DNA of 64,000 nucleotides from Podarcis tiliguerta. Lineage: Eukaryota. Each line of letters starts with the position of its first letter. Position 1 is the stretch's first letter. The DNA lies in assembly GCA_965153285.1 (NCBI GenBank), contig OZ229112.1. One strand, written 5' to 3'. Below the pieces are notes generated by a model. It ran no database searches, had not been told where the DNA came from, and was given only the letters and a program-made list of their open reading frames with translations. The translations under genes were made by a program, and so were the position numbers. Of the stretch, positions 39,501 to 50,911 are shown one piece after another.

Positions 39501-40489
39501 AGCTCTGATTCAACAGATTGATTGCTGATGTGCAAGTTCTGTGGTTGTCCATCTCTGACAGTTTGCTGCCATGCGTTTGCAGCCCTAGGAATCACTCCCC
39601 ATAATTATACCATAAAATGTGAAACCCTGCCTTATAATGTGTTGTTTCTTTCTAAGAGCTGAACCTTCCATTAAAAACATGGATTCAGTGCCACTTCTAG
39701 TGGTAAAGACTAGAAAATGGTTTTACATTGAGTTGGGGGAGAGAAGCAGGGCTTTTGTTCTAGTTCTTGTTGGTGTTGTTCCATTTGTTTATATATCAAT
39801 GCACCCAGTGCTTTACAAAGCCCCTGTCCAGAAGACCTTACAATATAAAATTCTAAAATGTGACATAGGGATAGAAAACAAGAAGGGGAAAGAGATGGAA
39901 ATGGAGATGGGACAAAGGGGGGAAGAATACACACTTGTTTCAGGTATACATCCTAAGGCTTAGGGCATAATCCAACAGCTGTTGGAAACCAGGCTGAGGA
40001 GAGGTGGCTTAGGTGTTGCTCCACTGGCAATATGTTTATTACCCACACTTCACGCTAAGGTCCCAGGGCAGGTTAAAGCGTTAAAACACTATATAAACTA
40101 CTTCCATGTTTCAAAAGCCAGGATAAAGACTGAGGTGCGTCTTAAGCATTCTTTGAAAGCAGTACAATGAAGGTGCCAGACACACCTCTATGGGCAGGGA
40201 GTTCTGCATTAGGGGCTGCCACAGATAATGCCCTCCTTCAGGCCAGTACCCCCTGAGCCTCTGAGGGACAAGAACTACCAACAGGCACCCCCTGCTGATC
40301 TCTGCACCTGAGAGGTTCTGTAGGGAAGGAGGCAGTCCTTCAGATATTTGGGGCATGAGTCATTTAGGGCTTTAAACACCAACATGAGTCATTTAGGGCT
40401 TTAAACACCACCAATTTGATGTTTCTGTGCATTTTGCACAACTAAGCATCAATTAGTACCATCTTTGTACATGTTAAAATGTTGTAACT

Positions 40490-40885
40490 GGGGATAGAAG
40501 AAAAATTTGATGCATCTTACAGTCAAAGGTGAGCTTATTTACCTAATTCACTGTCCAAAACAATACATGAACAAAAACACAGCCACTGTTCAAAATTCAC
40601 ACTTCTCAGAATTTTGCAATGCAGTTCTCCAGCCACCTAATGTATACAAAAAGATATATAGTGCATATCATTGCATATATTAGTGGAAGTAACACAAACA
40701 TATATTATATTAGTGGAAATGTTTCACAAAAATGTGTACATTGGGAGAAAGTCACACTAAAATGCTAGTGAATTTTCATGAGGACATTAAAAAAAAATAT
40801 TCTCAAACTGATGTGGAAATGTAGAGAATGGACCTGAAGACTGGAAAATTGAGAAACCAGAACCGACCGATTTGCCCATCTATAC
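40490..40885 (+). repeat. Interspersed repeat, copy 1 (related copy at about 44110-44495), unclassified
   Basis: Both copies share ATTTTGCAATGCAG, TGTGGAAATGT..GA and GAAAA.TGAGAAAC blocks in the same order. Confidence 0.6.
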
Positions 40886-42213
40886 CTGCTACTCAGGTTT
40901 GCCATTTCAGATGTGGTTCTCAAACAGAACAGGTCCCTTTCCTGGAGGAAATTGATCCGTTTCCTCTTTATGAACTGCAAATCTCAAAAGTGGCACTTTA
41001 GTAGTAAGAGTCCCAGCATACTGTTGTAAGTATGTATATTTTTAAAAAGTTGAAGTGCCTGAGTCAAAAATGTAGGGCACAGGTGTTTTGGGGTCATTCA
41101 TTTCTCAGCGCTGTTTATGAGAAGATCCCAGACACATTCAGAGAATGCTGTTTTGGTGCAGCGCCAGCCATCAAAAGTTGACAGGAAAAAACAGGTGTAT
41201 CTGGTGATGACATGCACAGCGTACAATAAGAATCAGACTGTAGAAACATTTACGTTCATTAAAGGAGCTGCCATTACATTTTTCTTCAAAAGGCATGATG
41301 CACAATTAGGCAATTTTCACAAATGGGACATTTCCAGCACCCAGCTGCAAGACAAATGGTAAGTTGAGGGAAGGCAAGAGGTCAAAAGACACTGTGGCTG
41401 TTTGTGTATGCTGAAACACCACAACCCTGGATGACAGTGGGGCCCACAATACAAAATTGCAGCCTTGTTAATAAAAATAAAAGTCCACACAAGTTTAAAG
41501 CCGGCAGCAAAGAAAAATCCTAGACTGCTGGAAGCTAGCAGAAGAGAGAAGGTGTGTGTGAGAAAGAAACCTTTGCCTTCCTTCAGCAGATTCCTGCATT
41601 TCAATGTTGGGAGAGATGCAGCACTCCACTTTTCCTCACCTAAATACTATTCTGTATTTCTGTATTAGCTCATAGGCTAATACAAAGCTTCAATACAGAG
41701 ATAGAACCTAGGAGAGCTGGATAAATCTTGGCTCTGTAGAGCAGGGTGAGTTGCAACAAACACATATCAAGTGTTTTTGTACCCAGAGATATCAAGAAGA
41801 GCCTGTAACTAGAAAGCAATAATAAAATAAAGGCAACATCTTTGCTCCTTGAAACTTGTAAATATTGATGTCAAAATGAACACATGCCCCACAATCTAGA
41901 GTTTGATGCGTGTGTATCTAAGTGTGCACTTCTTACTGCTCTATAACATCCATAGGTTATAGGTTTGTGTCTGCTGATGTTCCTAGACTGAAATGAATGG
42001 GGACGCATGCAGAGTGGTCTCTCCAAAGAACAGCACTCTGGCTGGGGAGCTCTGTGCATGCCTCAGAGTGCTTGCCTCCCAAACAGATTGCTAATATACA
42101 CACACATATATATTGCAGGCTCATTTGGGGTGTTTTTGTGAATGTCAGTTGCATGGGCACATTACTAAATAAATCTGAATATGCAGCTACTTGATTTCCA
42201 TGCCACATACTTG

Positions 42214-42252
42214 TTATGTATGTATGTACGCATGCATGCATGCATGCATGCA
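42214..42252. repeat. Compound (TATG)n-(CATG/ATGC)n microsatellite
   Basis: TATGTATGTATGTACGCATGCATGCATGCATGCATGCA. Confidence 0.9.
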
Positions 42253-44722
42253 ATAACAGTATGTATATGGCAATTAACAAATTCTGTACATGATTGGGCT
42301 AGCATTGTAACTGCTTAATTTTGTGAGTTCTCCAGGGCAACTGAAACAATCAGGATTAAAAATTACTGATGTAATGTTGAGAACATTGCTTCACTAGGAG
42401 CTCTGTAAAAGCACGCCTGATGAAGATTAATCACCATACATATATATGGAAAGTAGTGACATCACACTTCGCACACACCATCATTCTCCGTAGGCACAGA
42501 TCCAGAAAAGCTAACATGAAACCACCTGGGTGATTTATCATGAATTAAGACACAAAGTACCTCCTTTACTATTTATGTTAACTTTATTGCTTTGTGTAGT
42601 TTTGCAGTTGTGAATTTGACAGGAACTGTTGTACAATGGACCTGTATATGATCTGCAGAAGTCCTGCATTGTATCCTGCACACCTATTGGGTTGCTGTTG
42701 TAGTTTAAAGTTGTCTTCAACCTTTGCAGACCCAGGACCACCTTTAACCCAAATGTGCATGTGGACACCCACTTCTCTTTTTTACCATGTCTTCAGGGCT
42801 GTTGTGACCCATCTTAGGTCATGTTGCAACTCAGTAGTGGGTCCTGGCTAACCTGTTGAAGACAATTAATCTAGTAGATTGTTGACTGCCAGGGCCACTC
42901 CTGGACCAGCCCAGTCATAGAATCAGGGCCATTCCTACATATTTAAAAGAGGGCACATGACTATGAAACAAATCTGCATGACAAATGCATCAGCTCTGCA
43001 AGTGCGTATGTCTGTAGATTATTTATATATATGATGGGACATGAGATATGGAGCCCAGTCCAAAAGACCAGGGACATGGGCCCCTCTCTAACAATGCCCT
43101 TACGTAGAATTATTGTCAGGGAGAATCCGGAGAAGCAAGGGGCTCGGGGATGCTGTGGAGCTCTTCAACCACCCAGAGGCTCAGGAAGGGAGCTCAGACT
43201 CTGGAAGGGAGGTTGCTTTCACATCAGCACAGACAAGGAGGGAAATGAAACGTAAGGATCAAAGACGTCTCACGTGATTCCCATGCCTACTTTATTGGCG
43301 CGGGAATTGAAGGAATCCACTCCCTGAATTTAACTCAACGGGTTCGGATTCATAATTCTGAACTGTAGCTGTTTCTTGTATATATGTAATAAATACTGTA
43401 AATACCAAGCTGACCGTGCCAGAGTTACCGCGAAGGGGAGACACCACCTTTACAATTATAGAGTTGAAAAGGACCTCAACAGTCCTGAGCCCATCCCTCT
43501 GCCAATGCAGAAAGCCCATTACTACACAGCCCCTATTGAAGTTTGCCATCCAGGAGTTAAATTTTATCCAGAGTAGACTTATAGAAATTAATTGACCTAA
43601 CTTGGTCATGTTCATTAATTTCAGTGGATCTACTCTGAGTAAAACAGCTGAATGCAACCTTCCCGCCAGCCTCTGCTTCAGTGAAAAAGTGTCCATTTCC
43701 TTCTGTTCTATCAACTGATGGCTCAAACTTCATCAAGTTCTTCCTAATATTTTGTCTACATTCTTTTACTTTTATTTATGGAACTGTTTCCCTAATTATA
43801 GCTTCTATATATTTGATATGTACAATATATTGCTTGTACTAATTAAATAATACAGGTTTGTTTCTTTGACAATTTGTTTGGCATCGAACCATATTATGAC
43901 TGGAGTAATTTCTGGAATAGCTACCTCATAGACTTGACTGGTGCTCATGTTATGAATTTTTAGGTGCCAGTGAAGGCATTTTTCACTTCCCCAAACTTTT
44001 CAACTTATGACAGGTATGCATTCTTGCTGTTCTGAAAAGACTCGCACCAAATATCTTTTCCATTTGCAAATTCTTATGATAGCTTTATATTGATTTTATG
44101 TTGCTGGCTTTGGGGTAGGTGAGATGTGTGCTGATTTGTATTGTAGATTCATTTCTCATTTAAAAGTGAACCACCCTAACGAAACAAACACACGGTCATC
44201 TTTGAAAATGTGCAGTTCTCTGGATTTTGCAATGCAGCTCTCAAGCTGAGATGTGTAAAAAAATGCATATTCTGAGGTAAAGTGTGCATTAAAATATATA
44301 TGTTAGTGGAAGCATAATAAAAAAATGAATTACATTGGGGAAATTGCTCTTAAAAATGTGTCTTAGGAGAAATTCGTACTCAAATGCTGATAAATTTCCA
44401 TGAAGACTCCCCCCGCCCTTCTGAAAAACAACCATGAACTGGTGTGGAAATGTGGAAAACTTAAGATTAGAAAAATGAGAAACTTCCATCCCTACCTGCA
44501 AGTCAATTAGCGAGCGATGCCTGGCCTCCATGTTCTTTTCAAACAAAAGGTCTCTGTGAGGTCTACTTTCTCTCTTTGGGAGTTGGCAGGAGCCGCCTCA
44601 AAGCACCGTCAGGCCCAAAGCATATTGGAAGACAAAAACATCAGCCAGGACTTTTGTTAGTGGCAGCAGGCCCTCTGTTGGGGAGGGCAGAAGCTGTTAG
44701 CTATGTATTTTTATTGATTTAG

Positions 44723-44932
44723 GAGTTTGGATTTGGATTTGATATCCCGCATTATCACTACCCTAAGGAGTCTCAAAGCGGCTAACATTCTCCTTTCCCT
44801 TCCTCCCCCACAACAAACACTCTGTGAGGTGAGTGGGGCTGAGAGACTTCAGAGAAGTGTGACTGGCCCAAGGTCACCCAGCAGCTGCATGTGGAGGAGC
44901 GGGGACGCGAACCCGGTTCCCCAGATTACGAG
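44723..44932 (-). mobile_element. Squam3-type SINE, 5'-truncated
   Basis: Reverse complement reads CTCGTAATCTGGGGAACCGGGTTCGCGTCCCCGCTCCTCCACATGCAGCTGCTGGGTGACCTTGGGCCAGTCAC...GCGGGATATCAAATCCAAATCCAAACTC, as in lacertid Squam3. Confidence 0.8.
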
Positions 44933-46249
44933 GGTGGGCAGCTGTGCCCATGCTTCTGTTGCATTTTGGAACAGGGACTTTTGAGAAGCTGTTAAAAGCA
45001 ATCCCCCTGAACAGGGTGTTGCAGTGCCTCAAAGTGGGAAAGGTGAAGCAGCACTCCCCCCCCCCCCCGGCGTGCCCCTCAGGTCAAAGGAGGAAGTTGG
45101 GCAAAGCTGTGAAAGTGAGGACAGGTTGATGCTGGGTGTGAAATAGAAAAGGAAATCAAGAAACTGAAATAGTGAGGAAGCATGGTAAACGTCAAGTCAA
45201 GAAAATGAGGGAGACTTTGTTATCTGTGACAGCCCATGGCACGCCCCTCCCCATGACTGACTTACAAAAAAAACCTGACTGACCAAACAAACAAACAAAC
45301 AAGCAAACCTCTTTTAGCATAGCTTGTTTTATAACCCCGATTATTGCCATGTTGGGGCTTGATGAGGTGATTTTGGAGGCGAGGGATGGGGAGGCACCCA
45401 TGGAAGGGTTGGAAAGGTCCATTGAGGGTGAGAAAGGTCCACTTCTCACCTTTAAATTGTGTCCCCCTCCCTCACCATTTTTGGGTGGGGGTAGAGCCTT
45501 GGGGGTTTGCTGAGCATGCCTGTCCACCTCCAATGCCTTCCCTCCCAGGGTTGTTGTGAGGATACATTATATATTATTAAAGTGTTTTGTGCATTGAAAG
45601 GGCTTTAAAAATAAATTAATAGTGAGGACAGCAGCCGTGTCATATGATAACTTTCTTTCAAAGTACAGGGTATATCCTTGGCTGTTCAGAAGATTATGGC
45701 ATGCCAATATGCTGGTCATGAGGCACCTCAAACTTGACTTCAATTAAAAGTTGAGCCATATGAGAAAAGAAGCAATTTTGAGGTTCAAATTGCAGCTTGT
45801 ATCGCCATTTCATTTTCATTTTATTTTTTGTATTCTTTGGCCTGGGGGCAAACAGAACCTACTCAATAGTGGGGGAGCTATACAGGCCCAACTACAAAAT
45901 ACACCACGAAGCGCACTTGAGTCAATTTTTCCTTGTTACACTCTTCTGTTGAGATGCTGATTGGACTTTTGTCTTGTTTAAAATGTTGTGCAAAATATAC
46001 ACATGGGCCTTCTGCACCTGAGTGTATACTGGTATCCATTTTTGAACTAGGATAAGTACATTCCATTCAACATGCATTCTTAATTGTTCAGGAAAATGAA
46101 TCGCTAGCATGCAGGCAGAAGTTCCTCCCAACAGAACCTGAAACCTGGAAAGATGGAAGGACTCAGGCACCAAGCCATATTTTGCTGTTGTGCACTATAT
46201 GAGCCCCATCCTGTTCTACACACAGACATACCCACACTGAATGGAAATA

Positions 46250-46681
46250 CCATATATACTTGTGTATAAGCCAACATTTTCAGCATTTTTATGCTGAAAA
46301 AGCCCCCCTTGACTTATACTTGAGTGAGGGTCTCACCCAAGAGCATTTCCAGTGGCAGAGGCTGTTGTCGGCAGAGGAGGAAGAACGAGCAGCCCGAAAG
46401 CAGCCCTTTTGGGCTGCTCCTTTCTCCTCTGCCGCTGCCGCCACCAGCCTCTGCCTCTTGGTGGCACCCTAGGTAGGCAGGGGGGCGGAAGGGGCTGGGG
46501 GGGGGAGAGAAGCCCCCTCTGCCGTGTGCGCATGCATGCGGGTGGACACACACTCCGGCTCACTAGGTTTGTGGTGTGGTGAACCGGCTTATACTCGAGT
46601 CAGTAAGTTTTCCTAGTTTTTTGTGCTAAAATTAGGTGCCTTGGCTTATATTAGGGTCGGCTTATACCTGAGTATATACGA
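46250..46681. mobile_element. Non-autonomous Tc1/mariner element
   Basis: TIRs CCATATATACTTGTGTATAAGCC and GGCTTATACCTGAGTATATACGA (CCGTATATACTCGAGTATAAGCC type), TA on both flanks, subterminal GGCTTATA repeats. Confidence 0.85.
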
Positions 46682-46944
46682 TAATGTTCTGAATGGTATA
46701 GAATAATTTATTTAAACAAGATCTAACTCAAATATCCATTGTACAACTGGACTGTCCCAACTTGATGGGCAATCTGAAGCCTTGATACGGTTCTGTGGGT
46801 TCCCAATGTTTTGAGTTCTGGGTAGAAGGGCATCTTGTTACTTTGCAAGACCTGCTCAATGAACAGATGGATGTGGCAAGATTACTCCCCCCCCCCTCTC
46901 TCCCCCAAATATATTAAAACTCAAGTGCATTTAAACAAACAGTA

Positions 46945-48330
46945 GGTTTTTACAAAACGGCACGCTTTATTTATCTACAAGGCAGTAAGTACAGTGTCTT
47001 ATAAAAAGTTAAGTGCAGGAAAAGCTGCACCTAATTCTATTAAGGCAGCAAATTCAGAATCCATTATAAGAAAAAGAAGCAACCTTCTCTTAGTACTGGG
47101 AAAAGTTTGATATGGCAGTCCAAAAGACATACATTTTTTTTTTAAAAAAATGTTTTTGTGTATGGAATCCATGTTAGGGACTATTTAGACTACATGTGAA
47201 ACAAGAGTAGAAGCAGCAAGCAAGACTAGGATCTCCCAAATAGCTGGAGTTTGCATTCTATGTTGTTGCAAACCCATGAGCACACATATAGGCACATAAA
47301 ATCTCCCAAGAACAGTGTTTTAAAGTATTGCTTGCAAAAAAAAAAGGGAGGGCCAGGTAGGGGGTTAAAAAGCAGTAATGTTTCCGAAGTCAGAAATGCT
47401 AGTGCATAGTTAAGTTCGCTACCCCCACCCCAGGTTTCTCTTTCGTTTATAAAGCTCTAAGGCCTTGCCCATCTACATGGTGTAAATCTGCACCAGAAAA
47501 AAATCAACCCCCCCTGCAAAACAAAAACCAACCAAACCAAAAATAGAACAAAACCCATTTGACATTTACAAAATTAAATTACTGGATAAAAAATATAATT
47601 TGTTCTCATAAAACTATGTTTCATACCGTAATAATTTTTTTAAAGCAAGCTAATTAAAAAACAACAACATACACACGTAAACAGTCTACAGTTCTAATGA
47701 GTGGAACAGTTCTTCAAACAGTATAGCTGTGTGACCATTGCCAGTCTGGATTGGCCACCAGCCTACACCTTTAGATCAGCATTTGCAGTAATGCTTTTCT
47801 TGCAGTATTTCATACCGAGACATTTGTTCAGTGACTGATGATGCTACTGATGGAGTGCCAGCTCTTCAAAGGAAGAAGGAAACCTCAGCAAGCATCCTCA
47901 CTGGTACGGGAACTCATGTGGCAACTCCTCACTGAATTAATACTGGTCCATTTGATCTCCCAAAAAGTTTTTTAATATATATATAAAAAATCATTTAAAA
48001 ATCACTTTTTAAAAAAGAAAGAAATCGGCATTCACATTATTAATAATTAATTGCATAAAATTCAATACCTAAGAGTTTAGGTAAGCATCATCAACAAACA
48101 GAATTATTTTCTTCCTTTTCTTTTTTTAAGTTGGGTGAGATCCAACATGAACAATATATACACATATATGCTTTTGTGACTGAATGCACTTTGTGCTGCT
48201 CCCAAATGTTGTACCACAACAACAACAACAACAACGAAAAAGGTTTTTCTCCCATGTAGAGGAACGGTAAGTCCAAATCAAGTGGAAGTGTTTTGAAAAG
48301 AAAACATAATGCTTATCGGAAGACTCTTTT
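46945..48330 (-). other. MYB: MYB 3' UTR with multiple miRNA seed sites
   Basis: Lies between the stop and AATAAA; miR-150 8mers at 47232-47239, 47302-47309 and 47956-47963; 3' end approximate. Confidence 0.8.
46966..46971 (-). terminator. MYB: MYB polyadenylation signal AATAAA
   Basis: TTTATT on + strand, about 1.36 kb past the MYB stop, followed on the - strand by GT/T-rich sequence. Confidence 0.75.
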
Positions 48331-48447
48331 TCACATGACCAGAGTTCGAGTCGAGAATGCGTTCATATGCTTGCGTGCAGGATCTGAGAAGCTCAGCTGA
48401 TCCTCTGTCTTCCCACAAAATGCTGAATCCCATGTGTTGCTAAAATG
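48331..48447 (-). CDS. MYB: MYB exon 15, terminal (HFSNTWDSAFCGKTEDQLSFSDPARKHMNAFSTRTLVM*)
   Basis: c-Myb C-terminal RTLVM*; tttctag acceptor; 117 nt. Confidence 0.96.
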   Translation of the reverse strand, partial: HFSNTWDSAFCGKTEDQLSFSDPARKHMNAFSTRTLVM

Positions 48448-50589
48448 CTAGAAACAAAAATAAAAAGGAATATGTTTTTTTTAGAAACTGTGGCACAATC
48501 CAGTCCTTCCTGTAAATCTGCACCTTCCCAGGGTTGGTGTTGCAGAATTGTTCTCTGTGCTCGAGTCACCTGCAAGCGTGGCATTACAGAGGACTTAAGT
48601 CATGGGGACTGCATACACACAATACCTTTAAAGCACATTCAGAGTGCATATCCCCCCACAAGAAACCCAGGAACTGCAGTTTATCCCCTTACAGAGCCAC
48701 AGTTCTCAGGACCCTCAGGAAAGAACCATTGCCACAATTCTTTTTTGGAGGGGTGCTTTGAAAATTTTGGTGGCTACAGTGTTAGTCTACAAATGGGTTT
48801 GACAGACTTGCCACTGGAAGCAACATCTAGGAATGTTGTGTTGAAGCCAATCCTAGTGTTTCTGAGAGCCCCTGAGATGTAAATAGGCTTAAGAAGGGAA
48901 TGAAGGAATGATGCTAAAAATATTTTCAAGCAACCCAACAGGCTTTCAGAAGCATGTTAAAAAGGGTTTAGCTGGCAGCAAGTACCATGTCAGGAGCAGC
49001 CCACCCCAGTGGAGCAGAGCCACAGCAATAGCCTCCTGGTAGTGGCATGGCTGCTTATCAGAAGAGGGCGACGGTGAGGCTGGGGCTGTTTGGGTACACG
49101 AGCAGGACTGCCAGATTGGCTCCACCCACAACCTCACTGGCCTCTCACCCAGTAAGCAGCATGGATATTGCTATCAAGGGATTGTTGCCTGGCTCTGCCC
49201 CATGAGGCAAGCTGCTCTTGCATGATGTAGAACCGGAACCGACTTTTGTTGCTTGCCTACAGCTTTCATAGCAATGCTGGCCATTGGGCTATGCTGCTTA
49301 GGGCTGGTGGGAGATGAATTCCTAGAACATCTGGAGGGCCACATGTTCCCTAGTAGACAGTTGCTGAACTTGTGGGCTGAAAGCAGTGACTGTGCCCAAC
49401 TTGCATAGCCTAGTCCAAAGTGAGGGTTCACACAGACAACTCTGGACTCAAGTTAATAACTAGCTCAGTTTTTTTCAGGTAACTTCAAAAGTATGTTAGC
49501 ACATAGCCGGAGGTAAATGTTCCACTGTGAAAGGTACCGGGGGGTGGGGATGGGAACCAGTCTGCTGAGAGAAACAAGTTTTTTTAGCCATAATTTAATA
49601 TCGTTTTGTTTTTGTGGTATTTACAAAGATTGGAACCCCTCCTCAGTGCTGTGCTGCCCGGAGATAAACATATCTGTAACCAGGGTGGCATCTCAGTCAT
49701 TTGCTTGTTCTTGAGACATGCAAAATGTCTTGGTGCCCCAAGCCAATAGGAGGGCAAAAATTTCAGCACTTTATGGAATGTGTAAATACAGATATATTTT
49801 TCTTCTTCTCCACCTCACCCCCCCTTTATGTACTATATTCCTACCAGAACTTGCAGTTTTGATGCAGCAATGTATAAACTACCACACAACACTCAATCTC
49901 TTTCAAAATTCTAAGCACTCTTATGTTAGATCACAATTCTCAGGGTGGTAATTTACACAACAGCAGGGAGGGAACAAAGGACAAGATCTTTATGGAAGAG
50001 GAATGGGGTGGGTGGGAAGAACTGTTCGAAATCCCTTGTCTCTTTGAAGAGCTTCTGTGAGCCTAAGAACATCATAAGATCCTTGCTAGACTAGGTCATC
50101 CATTTATTAATCCACCTTTTGCATTTCCACGTGATACACACTTTGGTATTCAAGCAGCTTATAAAAGTGTGACACAGGGCACCCTGTTTATTTTGCTTTC
50201 TCTGCAACATGGGCCTCTGTCTCTTCAAACCGCAGCCAAGGGCAGGTGTGACATACTTTTCACATTACAGATATGCCACCACACTGCTGCTGTTTCCTCT
50301 GCTATGATTTCAGTGAACAATCTCCACCCCTTTGGGGAACTTGGCATGCCTTGGCTAATTTCAGTCTTTGTTGTAAGCCCAACAACTCAGATCCACTCAG
50401 GGGAGAAAGCAATCACTGCTGGAATGATGGAGGTATTTTTGTAGAACAGTACATAGGCAAATATGGATCTTACTGCTGAAGGGTGTCTAGGTTAGGCATG
50501 GGGATATCTGAATCGCTTAAGCTCTGTGGAAGGGAATGACAACATTTGCCTTACACTATGGGTTCTTTGCAACTCTTTAATTTTTCTCT

Positions 50590-50911
50590 TTGTTGTTTAG
50601 TCTTTTAGTCATGTCCGACTCTTCGTGACCCCACGGATCAGAGCACACCACACACTCCTGTCTTCCACTGCCTCCCGCAGTTTGGTCAAACTCATGTTAG
50701 TAGCTTCGAGAACACTGTCCAGCCATCTCGTCCTCTGTCGTCCCCTTCTCCTTGTGCCCTCAATCTTTCCCAACATCAGGGTCTTTTCCAGGGAGTCTTC
50801 TCTTCTCATGAGGTGGCCAAAGTATTGGAGTCTCAGCTTCAGGATCTGTCCTTCCAGTGAGCACTCAGGGCTGATTTCCTTAAGAATGGATAGGCTTGAT
50901 CTTCTTGCAGT
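50590..50911 (-). mobile_element. BovB / RTE-clade LINE 3' fragment in MYB intron 14
   Basis: Translation MRREDSLEKTLMLGKIEGTRRRGRQRTRWLD..MSLTKLREAVEDR..W.A.I.GVTKSRT is the BovB ORF C-terminus; short CAA-type tail. Confidence 0.92.

Noticed and set aside
42328-42341. RFX X-box-like TTCTCCAGGGCAAC, attractive given the ciliary roles of AHI1 and MYB
   Set aside because: Imperfect isolated match far from either promoter; expected by chance
16700-46900. Hidden protein-coding gene or endogenous viral ORF in the intergenic interval (for example ORFs 22671-23078, 27790-28245, 32441-32926, 39203-39595, 43292-43726)
   Set aside because: No recognisable domains, several overlap MITE or LINE remnants, and no consistent exon chain could be built; a tblastx or RNA-seq check would be needed to exclude lncRNAs
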